Of a stretch of 64,000 bases of DNA, positions 14,401 to 25,428 are shown piece after piece (the first letter of the stretch is position 1; each line of letters begins with the position of its first letter). The notes under the pieces were generated by a model. The model searched no databases, was not told where the DNA came from, and saw only the letters and a list, made by a program, of their open reading frames with translations. Origin of the DNA: Asterias rubens (lineage: Eukaryota); the NCBI RefSeq assembly GCF_902459465.1, contig NC_047062.1:17856001-17920000 (forward strand), written 5' to 3'. The position numbers and the translations under genes were made by a program.

Positions 14401-14874
14401 TGGATTAAAATCAGTCAAGGCTACACTTCTTGGTCCTTCAGAAGACAATCACAAGAACAGAGTTGATGAATATTAATAGAAACCTAAACCCTCCAGAGCT
14501 GGGGAACCCTTCTACAACTTGATACCGTTGTTCAGAGAGGAACAATAAAACAACTTCTTTCTCAAAGACGCGTGTGAAATGATACTACCCCTTTTGTTTT
14601 TAACAACAAAAGTAAAACAATACATCAGGTTTTTTTTACCGCGCTTCTCAATTACAATATTCATCACTCAGTGTTGTTTATTCTTCACGCAGTATCATCA
14701 ATATTCATATATTGATATGAAGGTATTACACAGTGTCCGCACTGGGTAATGCTGTTGTAATTTAGTCACACTTGATTGACTGTAGACAGTACATAGACTG
14801 CTTACTGTCAACTGCATTGGCCCAAAGTGATTCTGAGATGGTCTCCTCATGTTATGGAATGTGATTCTACTGGT

Positions 14875-16630
14875 GCAATAATGAGCACAAAGAGCCTTGG
14901 TTGTTAGGATTGATTAGCCTCGCATACAAACAATGTTAGGGATTTGTTTTTGCGTGTCGTGGCTGGGCAGTTAAGTGAACTGGACTTGAGCTCTGTTGTT
15001 TCAGCAAAAAGTGGGTTCGAGTCCCAGTTGTGGTACTTGTGGTAATAAGGACATAGAGCCCTGGTTGTTGGGATGGATTAGCCAACTCATAAACACAAAT
15101 TAGGGATTTGTTTTGGCGTGTCGTGGCCGGGCGATTAAGAGCACCAGACTCAAGCTCTGTTCGTTTCAGCAGAGAGTGGGTTCGAGTCCCAGTTGTGGTA
15201 CTAGTGGTAATGAGTACATAGCGGTTAAGAGCACCAGACTCATGCTCTGTTCGTTTCAGCAGAGAGTGGGTTCGAGTCCCAGTTGTGGTACTTGTGGTAA
15301 TGAGTACATAGCGCCCTGGTTGTTGGGACAGATTAACCTCAATCTTATACAAACAATACGGATTTGTTTTTGGACTGTCGTGGCCGGGCGATTAAGAGCA
15401 CCAGACTCAAGCTCTGTTCGTTTCAGCAGAGAGTGGGTTCGAGTCCCAGTTGTGGTACTTGTGGTAATGAGTACATAGCGCCCTGGTTGTTGGGACAGAT
15501 TAACCTCAATCTTATACAAACAATACGGATTTGTTTTTGGACTGTCGTGGCCGGGCGATTAAGAGCACCAGACTCAAGCTCTGTTCGTTTCAGCAGAGAG
15601 TGGGTTCGAGTCCCAGTTGTGGTACTTGTGGTAATGAGTACATAGCGCCCTGGTTGTTGGGACAGATTAACCTCAATCTTATACAAACAATACGGATTTG
15701 TTTTTGGACTGTCATGGCCGGGCGGTTTAGAGCACCAGACTCATGCTCTGTTTGTTTCAGCAGAGAGTGGGTTCGAGTCCCAGTTGTGGTACTAGTGGTA
15801 ATGAGTACATAGCGGTTAAGAGCACCAGACTCATGCTCTGTTCGTTTCAACAGAGAGTGGGTTCGAGTCCCAGTTGTGGTACTTGTGGTAATGAGTACAT
15901 AGCGCCCCGGTTGTTGGGACAGATTAACCTCAATCTTATACAAACAATACGGATTTGTTTTTGGACTGTCGTGGCCGGGCGGTTTAGAGCACCAGACTCA
16001 AGCTCTGTTCGTTTCAGCAGAGAGTGGGTTCGAGTCCCAGTTGTGGTACTTGTGGTAATGAGTGCATAGCGCCCCGGTTGTTGGGACAGATTAACCTCAA
16101 TCTTATACAAACAATACGGATTTGTTTTTGGACTGTCGTGGCCGGGCGGTTTAGAGCACCAGACTCAAGCTCTGTTCGTTTCAGCAGAGAGTGGGTTCGA
16201 GTCCCAGTTGTGGTACTTGTGGTAATGAGTACATAGCGCCCTGGTTGTTGGGACAGATTAACCTCAATCTTATACAAACAATACGGATTTGTTTTTGGAC
16301 TGTCGTGGCCGGGCGATTAAGAGCACCAGACTCAAGCTCTGTTCGTTTCAGCAGAGAGTGGGTTCGAGTCCCAGTTGTGGTACTTGTGGTAATGAGTACA
16401 TAGCGCCCTGGTTGTTGGGACAGATTAACCTCAATCTTATACAAACAATACGGATTTGTTTTTGGACTGTCGTGGCCGGGCGATTAAGAGCACCAGACTC
16501 AAGCTCTGTTCGTTTCAGCAGAGAGTGGGCTCGAGTCCCAGTTGTGGTACTTTTGGTAATGAGTACATAGCGGTTAAGAGCACCAGACTCAAGCTCTGTT
16601 CGTTTCAGCAGAGAGTGGGTTTGAGTCCCA
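14875..16630 (+). repeat. Tandem array of 12 tRNA-Leu-derived SINE heads (9 x ~167-bp units, 3 x 90-bp head-only units)
   Basis: Each head reads TGGCCGGGCG(G/A)TT(T/A)AGAGCACCAGACTCAAGCTCTG...GTGGGTTCGAGTCCCA (A box, CAA loop, B box). Order is L L S L L L S L L L L S. Confidence 0.93.
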
Positions 16631-16860
16631 GTTGAGGCACTTGTGTCCTTGAGCAAGATACTTTATCATTGCATTGACATTGAGATGAGACAGTTAGCTG
16701 TAGCATAGAGCAAGGATCATAGAGCAATGGTTGTGTAGGTCCCGTGTAGTAGGATTTGTATCCAAGTAATTAACACAGAACACTTATCTTGGAAGAGTAG
16801 GGTGGTCCACATTGCAAGCACCTTTGTTTATAGATTTCCTCGGGCTTTCAAGCTACAGTG
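16570..16860 (+). mobile_element. tRNA-derived SINE body continuing from the last array head
   Basis: The head is followed by cacttgtgtccttgagcaagatacttt and a gtaggtcccgtg...cacttatc...gagtaggg body, similar to the dispersed copies at 5449, 21845 and 22700. Confidence 0.8.
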
Positions 16861-18364
16861 ATAAAGTAAAGTTCATGTATGAGGCATCCTTGGTTATGCA
16901 ATCAGGTATTCAGTTCTTTCAAAATTGGTTAACTAATAATGCCTTCCAAGCTTGAAATTGCCTTTACTCCAAAGAGCAAGGCTTACTCCAAATCAGTCCC
17001 TTGACAAAAAAACTTTGGGAAAATAATTTTTTTGATGGTCTTGACAATTCTGAGGCACCCTGTGGTTTTGTGGGTTTGCATCTAGAAATCAATCCCTGGT
17101 GGTCCTCATTTTAAACCATGTACTTTTTTTTTCTTGATAAGTGAAATAGTATTGTGGCTATAAAATTACAGAAAGGTAAGTTTACACTTACAGTAATTCT
17201 AGTGCTGCATTTCTGACACGGGCGTTCGGCCGCAGTAAGTGATTTTCACATTTTTTCACATTATCTCATCAATGATAAATTTGCAGCCCTGCACAAACCA
17301 AAACGTGTCGGTCCAACAACACAGTGCAAGGCATTTTGATGTTGAGTGTGTGCGGGATCTATTTATGGCATCCTGCGTTTTTGTTGCCTAGGACACAAGA
17401 GTCTCAAGCAGAACCAATTAAGCGGCTGATACAGACCCGCTGTGTTCGGTTGCCGAGGCGGGCTGCCACACAGCGGGCGGCACACGTGCCAGTCAGCTAT
17501 ATGAGGTCGGAGGTCAGTCATTTGGGAGATGGATTATATGGGATGTTTTCCAGTCAGTGCAGTTTGTTTAGATCGGTGTGTTTAGGACTGTGTGGATGTA
17601 GCAATGCGCGTGTTGTTCATCCTACACAAATCTCCCTCTGCAGGCCTGATACTTCAGGGAGGCAACAAAGGCGATTGCCTCCATGCCCCCTGGTCATTGC
17701 CTTGGTGCTCTTGAAATGCTCCGGCAAGATCCCCATGTTGAAACCCATGGAGTAATTGCTCCAAGGTGGAACGAGGGCTCAAATTGAGCTGCCAAAGGAG
17801 ACAATAATGCTTAAGAATGTTCTGCTTAGCAGAAGTGAGCAGGATACCAGTCACAAATTGTACATGCGACATATAGTAGTTTGGCTGGTAACCTTATTCT
17901 GGTAGGCACTATTTTGTTGTGCTTAGCTATTGGCCCAGGGGTCAGTAGTATGAGGAAGGCCCCTTGATGGTTCATCCGTAATAACACTCAGACCCTGACA
18001 AAGCCAAGGGTTTCTCCCTCACCCTGTGGCGGTCTGTCTACTTGCCATTGCTTGTCCTTGGAGTCAAGCAACTCCTTATAAGGTATTTGGCCGGAAATGG
18101 CCTTTAATTGCAAACTGTGTATAGAAAGGAACCCTCAGTGTTCCGTGTAGTTGTCTTCTTTCTTGTATGTATATGTTTGTTTGTTCTGGGGACTGTATTT
18201 GTTCTTGCTCATTGTCAAGTTATTTGATTAATATGGGAACTGGGTTTTTTGCGGGTTGTGTCGTGGTTACGGTTTTGCTGTGTTGTGGTTTGGTATTGTC
18301 TGAATTGCAGTTCAAATATAAGTGATGTTGTGAGCGTAGAGCAAGGACTGTTAGAGAATGGCTC

Positions 18365-18781
18365 ATATGCTTAAGCACAGAAAGTAGGTGAGCTTACCAA
18401 AATATGGTCACCAACCAAACTACCGTGACAATTGTGGAATTTGTGACTGGTGCTCATTTCTGCTAAGCAGGAAATTGTCAAGCTTTATTTTCTGCTTAAA
18501 AAGCAGCTCTATGAAATCGGGCCATGGTCTTGCTTGGCCTAGATGTTGCAACCAAAATTATCCTGCAATTCGTAATTTTGATTTGTATGACAGAAGGATA
18601 AGTTTGTATGCACCGTTAAGCAGTGTCCATTTTCATAGAGCTGCTTAATCACACAAACTTGCTTACTGGAAACGGGTTACCAGCCAAAATACCATGTTAT
18701 GTGCACAGTTTGTGACTGGTTCCCTGCTCACTTTTGCTTAGCAGAAATCTGTTGCTTAAGCAGCGCTATGAAATTGGGTCT
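18365..18781. mobile_element. Two adjacent MITE family B copies (18365-18522, 18627-18781); partial copy at ~17815-17938
   Basis: ...aagcagctctatgaaatcgggcc and tttcatagagctgcttaatc...cagcgctatgaaattgggtc. Confidence 0.8.
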
Positions 18782-20243
18782 CGCCCTAGGCTTAAATGTC
18801 TTCTATGGTGCCCTTTTCTCCGAGTCTCTTACTATCTCTACAGTATAGAATGATGACGAGCATTTGTTTTTGGTTACCATTTGCTCTAACCTCTAAGTCT
18901 AACCATGTTGTCAGTCTGCACCACCCAGGCTGCTGCTCTCTTCCTCCCTACATATGTTTGTTTTATAATCCTCTAATGAGGACCGGAAGTCAGGAATACC
19001 TTCGAGACTGTTTATTTGGAGTTGGACTGCATGAAAGACTGGCCATTTTCAGACATCTTTCTTTGACTCAATGCTTTGCCACCATGGATATGTCCTATCA
19101 GTCTTAAGTGATTCTTCTAGCTGGCTCGCTTCAATTTAAATTTATACATTTATAAATCATCATTGAAGTAAAGAATAATATTCCTGTCAACACCGTTATT
19201 TTGTAGTTATTACACAAATAAAAAGTACAGATGTTTGGCTATTTTGACCAGCAGGCAGATGGGTAGACGGATCCTAATCCTTTGCACTCTCTCACTTGGA
19301 CACTGTCTGAACATAGTGACTTCAAATTCTCAAGATCTTTGTCCAGAATATTCCTGAAACTTTGTGGGGGTAAGGCGGGGGTAGGCTAACGTGCAATTGT
19401 AACCCAGCGTCTGAGTGCCCGATGATACTACACGGGCTGCTGGGGCACATTTTGGAGGTCGTAACCATTATCTGTTTCTGTCTCTCACCAGTGATTAACC
19501 AATAGCCAATTCAACCAAAACAGTTATTGGTTACGCACACCAAAACGCACCCTAGGTCCTAAACAATTTTAGACAATGTACACTTCTTGATGATTAGAGA
19601 GATATTCTTTTTGTACGAACCTTTGTCCTACTCTCTTATTAAGTTACTAATATGGAAGTCGGTTCATGCATTTTTAAAGGCCTGCCAGAAAACCAGAAAA
19701 CAATGACACAAGTCCATTACAGATAGGAAGTTTGCTAGTCTATTGTTAGTAGCGCCAATGTTAAACGACCGTATTTTTCGCGCATCATGAAATTCTGAAA
19801 AGCTTTTGCGGGCAGCGAGGGGATACGGTTGGAGGAACCGCCACTCCTCGGCCATTAACAGCAACAGATGAAAGTTAATAACTGCCAAATAACTGAACCT
19901 GAACGACCGGTGTCCCATTTTCATACAGCTGGCTAGCACACAAATTTTGTCGTTACGACAGAAACATTGTGACTAGCAGTAAACAGCCTTGAAATTAAAT
20001 TTTGTGGTTTAAATTATTCATTTTTTGGTGTTACTTAGGGACTATACTGGTTCTTATACGTAACTGTAGGGTGTGTGGATGTAAAAAGAGTTATGACCTC
20101 TCATTCAGTGCCTGGCTGCATGCACTCGCCCTTCCTCCATATCGTGTCTATGCAGTAGGGGCTAGCTCAGTGAGAGTTCATAACTCAATGTACAGCCACA
20201 GTACTGCTTTGATCATGATGACACAGCCCCTTTAAAAATGTGT

Positions 20244-20244
<1 letters not shown>

Positions 20245-20278
<34 letters not shown>

Positions 20279-20330
20279 ATTTATAAAGCGCCTAATGCAA
20301 AAGCCTCTAAGCGCATTAAAGAAACAATAA
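20245..20330 (-). mobile_element. LINE (L2/CR1-type) or SINE 3' tail with (TAT)n; similar tails at ~12600-12680 (+) and ~37340-37430 (-)
   Basis: Reverse complement gcgcttagaggcttttgcattaggcgctttataaatg(tat)n. Confidence 0.55.
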
Positions 20331-20449
20331 AATAGCAAATTAGAGAAAGATACAAGATACAAATAGGCAAATTACAAAAAAGAAGCTTTATGTTGTTGGA
20401 AGTTCCGCAGTTTTTTGTTATTATGAAAAAGTATGTGAGTATGTTTTTT

Positions 20450-20619
20450 AGTGTTTATTTGAGTGAGAAATTACCTCTTTCTCAAAACTATGTTACTTCA
20501 GAGGGAGCCGTTTCCCACAATGTTTTATACTATCAACAGCTCTTCATTGCTACCGACCAAACAAGTTGTTATGCCAACAATTATTTTGAGTAATTACCAA
20601 TAGTGTCCAATGTCTTTAA
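20450..20619 (-). mobile_element. MITE family A, partial
   Basis: gagtgagaaattacctc...taattaccaatagtgtccaatgtctttaa. Confidence 0.8.
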
Positions 20620-21844
20620 GCTGTAGATTGCTACAAGGTAGTTGTTCTCTTGAGGAGTCGGCCTAAAAATACCTATTTGACTTTCCACCAACCAATAAAC
20701 ATCTGGAACAATTTGAAATTATTTTGAATCCTATGACCAAACTGGTGCAATCTTTTTTCTACACATGAGGATTATCGACCCAACTTCATTTACAACATAC
20801 CTTGTGTTAGTAATTTATCTCAGAATGTTATTATTGCCCGTATACATTGTTTTAATGATGTTTCGGGGCCTAAATGTTGATTTTGAAGAAAATTCTTCAA
20901 GAGTCAAGCCACAAATCATTTAGTTGACTCCTGGCTGCTCCCTGTATCCAATGTGAGAGAACACAGACCCTCCAATTGTCCTGGCGCTGACAGCTCATCA
21001 TGTAAACTCCATCCATCAAAAGGTGCTCATACAAAAATGAAGACTGGTGTGGTGTAATGTAGGCTCCTTCAGGTCTTATCCTCTGACCGAAGATGACACA
21101 AATTATCTCATTTTTTTATGATGTTGGTTTTTTGCCTGGATTAAAAACCAAGATCAGGAGTCGCCGGCCCAATTTGAGAAATACTCTGCATTCTGAGGAG
21201 GATTTATTCCAGAGATTCCCTCTGATGTTGTAAATCTACTGGAGACAACTGCCCCAATTTATCGGAATCTAAAGCTTGGTGGTGATTTTATTTGTTGAAA
21301 GTAGATCCCATGATGATGGTAGGGTATCGAAGGTCATCCATAAATTCTGAAAACTGCTAAACCCCTTGTCAAAAATTAACTTCGGTTTTCAGAAGTTTGT
21401 TCATTTAGCTTTTCACTTCTCATTGTTTTGGTTGGGACTCTGAACGATACGTAGATGTATGAACTCGGTGTTACTGGTAGCGTGAACAAACACACACTAA
21501 CTGTATTTTCATGAGATCTTTTTGCAATAAGCCATTTGCATGTTAGATTTGAATAGTGTCTGGTACAATGACATGCTTGATCACAAGTTACCACTTAAAT
21601 TTGAAATCCCGAAACGGTTTCTATGTCACATGATTAGGGGCAAGCTTTTGCCTATAGTTACGTTAGAGGTGGTAAACACCCATACACAATTCTGAATGGA
21701 TGGTATGGTACCATGGTTTGCTCATCTGGAGGTTGCTATACAAAAGCTTGCCCCGAACCTTTTGGCATAGCAACTCGGTTCTTATGTAGCGCTTTATCTC
21801 ACCCCGAAAGGGCATATCAAAGCCCATAGTATGTTTTCCTGCAA

Positions 21845-21997
21845 GGTATGTCCCATCCGAAGGACAAAGCAACGGTTAAAGTGTCATGCTTTAGTTAGGA
21901 GTCAGGACACAAGTGTCACGACTGGGACTCAAACCTCTGCTGAATAAAAACGGCAGAGTTTGAATTCGGTGCTCTTAACCGCTCGGCCACAACACTT
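21845..21997 (-). mobile_element. tRNA(Leu)-derived SINE, 5' part
   Basis: Reverse complement gtggccgagcggttaagagcaccgaattcaaactctg...tttgagtcccagtcgtgacacttgtgtcc. Confidence 0.8.
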
Positions 21998-22699
21998 CCA
22001 ATATGAACGCTGTACATTTTGAGTAAGCAAGTCATTGTACCAGACATTACTCAAATCTAACTCTTATCGCTTTGACCTTTGCTGGGTCACCTAGGCTTAG
22101 GTCCATCATCATCCATTAACACCTTGTCTGACCAGTCACCATGTGGTGTACTCTGTGGTCAGTCAGTTGACAGGGATGGATGGCTGTCCCTGCTAAAATA
22201 ATGTCTGGTCAGTTTCTTCTTCTTGGACCACCATTGCCTGGTTTCTTTTACATCCTTGATATATAATAGCCTTGCCACCCCCTTCTTCCAATCTGCTCCT
22301 TGTCAGAGATACTTTAATACTTCACTCCATTGTCATGGCCCATCACTAGATTGGTTCAAGAGGGTCAGCAATAAGTAGCAAGGGCCATCACTGGCCACCA
22401 AATCTGTATCCTAAAGCCATTTATATCAAAGCTTTCATGGATACATAAGTATGTTTATGTGAGTTTTTAAATTTGTAAATGGTGCATGTATAAATGTGGA
22501 TTTGGTGAAAGTTAAGTTGCTCTTCACCTTCGTCTTGTGCATTACTACAACCATTGTTTGCTCCTCTTCTAATCTCTCCCACCCTCCCCTCTCCACTGCT
22601 GCTAACATACACTCTGGAATCTCGGAGGTCTCAAAAGCTACCCTCGCCGCATCGGTGATCACTGTAGTGTAGCTCGTAGTTTGCAAGCGTGCTTGCTAT

Positions 22700-22950
22700 G
22701 TGAACCAGAAGCATCTCCTACTGTTCCACCATAGGTGTTCTGGGTGCTTTTACGTGCACTACGAGTCTATAGACAGCTTAATTTCCAATGCAAAGGACAA
22801 AGCAATTATGGAAAAGTAATTAGTGTTAAACCAATTATGATTAAGTATCTTGTTCAAGTGAAACGACCTGGATTTGAACCCACTCTGTGGTAATATCAGA
22901 AATACCAAAGCTTGAGTATGGTGCTTTTAACCCCTCGGTCGCGACATGCC
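22700..22950 (-). mobile_element. Degenerate tRNA(Leu)-derived SINE
   Basis: Reverse complement gaccgaggggttaaaagcaccatactcaagctttgg...gtgggttcaaatcc, with body gtagtgcacgtaaaagcaccc. Confidence 0.72.
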
Positions 22951-24039
22951 TATGTTGTGATCATCCAAGACAATCATTTTTGACTCTGAAAGAAATTAAA
23001 AAAGAGAAAAAGTGGACTTTCATCTTGGACATGGTACTTAGTGCTCGAAGAAGCAATCTTTGTAGCTGTTGTAGTTAAACTAAATTTAATTTCATGACAG
23101 GCTAATACAGATTGGCTAAATGCTGATTGACTGGCATGACTTCAACCGAAGCAAAGGACATTTTGTAATCAGAACATCTCTAAGTAACCTTCCTTAAAAT
23201 GAAATAAAATCCTGACCTCTGTTATCCTGAGACTGAGAGTGCCAGGTTTTACTCTTGAAGAGTTTAACGGTCTGTCTTAATGTTGTGTAATCAATCCACA
23301 GTCAGAAAATGTTGGTTGAAGTTTGATTTCTGGCATTGACTGATCACGTTGTACGCCAGCAACCTTTTGTCTTGAGAAGAGTTTTTCGAACGAGAGAGAG
23401 AGAGCGTGCCATTTAGCCTTTCCCCCCTGATCATCTTTCTTCGCCTTGGGGTTGTGGCCTCCGCATTTTTATAGGGTGACTTTTGATGTTTTTCCTTGCT
23501 CCAAGCCTCACACCCTCGACCCTCGCCCATCCATTTTGGAGCATGCATGCCCTAAATAACTCATTCTGGAGGTTGCCATAGCAACATTTCTTCTTTTTTG
23601 TTATTATAAATTGTATTTTAATGGGATGTTTTGGTTGATTTGACTTTTTGCAGAGGTATGCTGTCAAGGACGATGATGACTGACGGTATTTATTTGCCTG
23701 TACCCAGAGAGAGGTTGTGACCCATCAGTGCTGGTCCAGACCAACCAGGACTTCTCGCAGGGGAAGGGAAGGGGTCCGCATACTTGAACTGCATCCTTCT
23801 TCCATCATTACTCACCATCATACATCCTCACTATCATCGACAGCCTAATTATCATCATCATCGTCATCATCATCATCGTTAACATCATCAGAATGTGGCA
23901 CTCTGGGCTGCTTCTCCTCAGGATCTCCCAAGACAACAGATCCCCCCCGCCTCCTTAAGATGCTGGGATCATCTCAGATCTCGGACCTCCTGACTTCCAG
24001 ATCATCAATTCCACAACTTACTCGTATAAAAAGCAGGAC

Positions 24040-24260
24040 CTTCTGTTACCGATGAGTAAAACTGTTTCTCTCTAAGTACGATATTAAGATACTCAGAAGA
24101 TGATGGAATGATCACCACTCCGAGAAAACAGGACTTTCTGTTATTGATGAGTCCAGACTGACCCTGCCTCCTGTAACTCTTTTACGTACGAATTTAAGAT
24201 GGTGCTCGGGAAATCTAAGATGGTGTTTGGAAAATCTAAGATGGTACTCGGGAAGAGGAC
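24040..24260. repeat. Local duplications (caggac(c/t)ttctgtta..gatgagt twice; 22-bp aagatggt...ggaaatct three times) beside a (CAT)n tract at ~23850-23890
   Basis: Read directly from the sequence. Confidence 0.65.
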
Positions 24261-25282
24261 GGAACGATCACCAACAAAAGAGACGCCAAACAATCCCGAA
24301 CTTTCATTCTCTCAACAAAAAACTGGTCAACTGACAATTATCAAATGAATTTGCCTTGTGATGATTTGTTGAGCTGCTGCATAAAAGTAAAATATTGGAT
24401 TAAGTATAATTTTTATAAAACATGCAAGTCATTGATTTGTCAAAATTATTATAGGCGAGTAACATCTAATGCATGAAGGTTTATTTCTTTGGTTTCTCAA
24501 GGCGGAGCATAAGGAAGCACCCCCCCCCCCCCCCTCCTTCAATTTGTTTTGGGGAATGTACCTTTTTGGCCACCATAGTTGTAACACCCTTGTAGGTAGT
24601 CTATGCGATATGCCCCAATCAGATTCTATTTCTGGTTCATAAAATAGTATGCTGTAATGAACTGAAGAAAGTCCAGTACTCTCCTGTTGTCAAAATTGGG
24701 CTATCGTAGCTCTCAAGAACCAAAACTGCGATTGGAATTTCAAGTTCTTGAAAGTCCGAAGGAAACCCAAGACCTTGGCACTGTGCCCCCACTCTGTTGT
24801 GGGTTCCTTCCCTCCACTACACGGCAGTGTAACCAGTGTAGCTTGATATGTCTCGACCCAGTACAAAGGAATTCTTCCATTAAATGGTTGTGGAAACTGT
24901 CCCAGATCCTCTTTCAGTGTGATGGAAAGCAATATCACTTTGTAGGACGGCAGAGACATTGCATTCTCTAAATTGTGCTTCTCTGTTTACAGTGTTTTCT
25001 GCAACTCATGTGGAGAGTGTAAACATTGTGTTTATGTTAAAGCAGTGTTTTCTTTCTTTAGGGACATCAAATTCTTTGATTTGTGCAATGTTTGATAACC
25101 TTTATATCATTCTCATTTATTACTTTACTTATATTACTCTGCGAAAAAATAGCTCTAAAAGGTTGTGTTCTCGTCTTGAAAAACATAACATTGAATCTTT
25201 TTCAGAATAAAAAACCCTTTCCCTCCTAACCTTTTGAGAAGTTTTACATTTTCTTTAAAATTCGAGACTAAAGATGAGATCA

Positions 25283-25428
25283 GGGTTCCATTTTACAAAG
25301 AGTTAGGACTAGTCCTAACTTAGGACCCTAGGAGATATTAAAAACTCAAGGCTAGGCCTTAGATAGAACGAGTAAAACTCGTCCTAGTTCGAGATAACTT
25401 AGTCTTAACTCTTTGTGAAATCCACCCC
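25283..25428. mobile_element. MITE family D (palindromic, ACTAGT/GGACTAGTCC-rich)
   Basis: gggttccattttacaaagagttaggactagtcc ... ttaactctttgtgaaatccaccc. Confidence 0.8.

Noticed and set aside
15374-15455. Array heads as functional tRNA-Leu(CAA) or tRNA(CAT) genes
   Set aside because: The acceptor stem is mostly wobble/mismatch, the D stem and first T-stem pair are broken, and the last head continues into a SINE body.
14936-16656. Many overlapping 70-138 aa ORFs on both strands
   Set aside because: They are translations of the 167/90-bp tandem repeat. The 167-bp period is not a multiple of 3, and there is no domain signal.
17150-17181. Perfect + strand donors at 17175 (AAG|GTAAGT) and 5181 (GAG|GTGAGT); exon-like 62902-62935
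   Set aside because: No convincing acceptor and reading-frame chain, and no homology.
19259-19357. MGRRILILCTLSLGHCL... signal-peptide-like 32-aa ORF
   Set aside because: It stops before the nearby donor and is too short to support.
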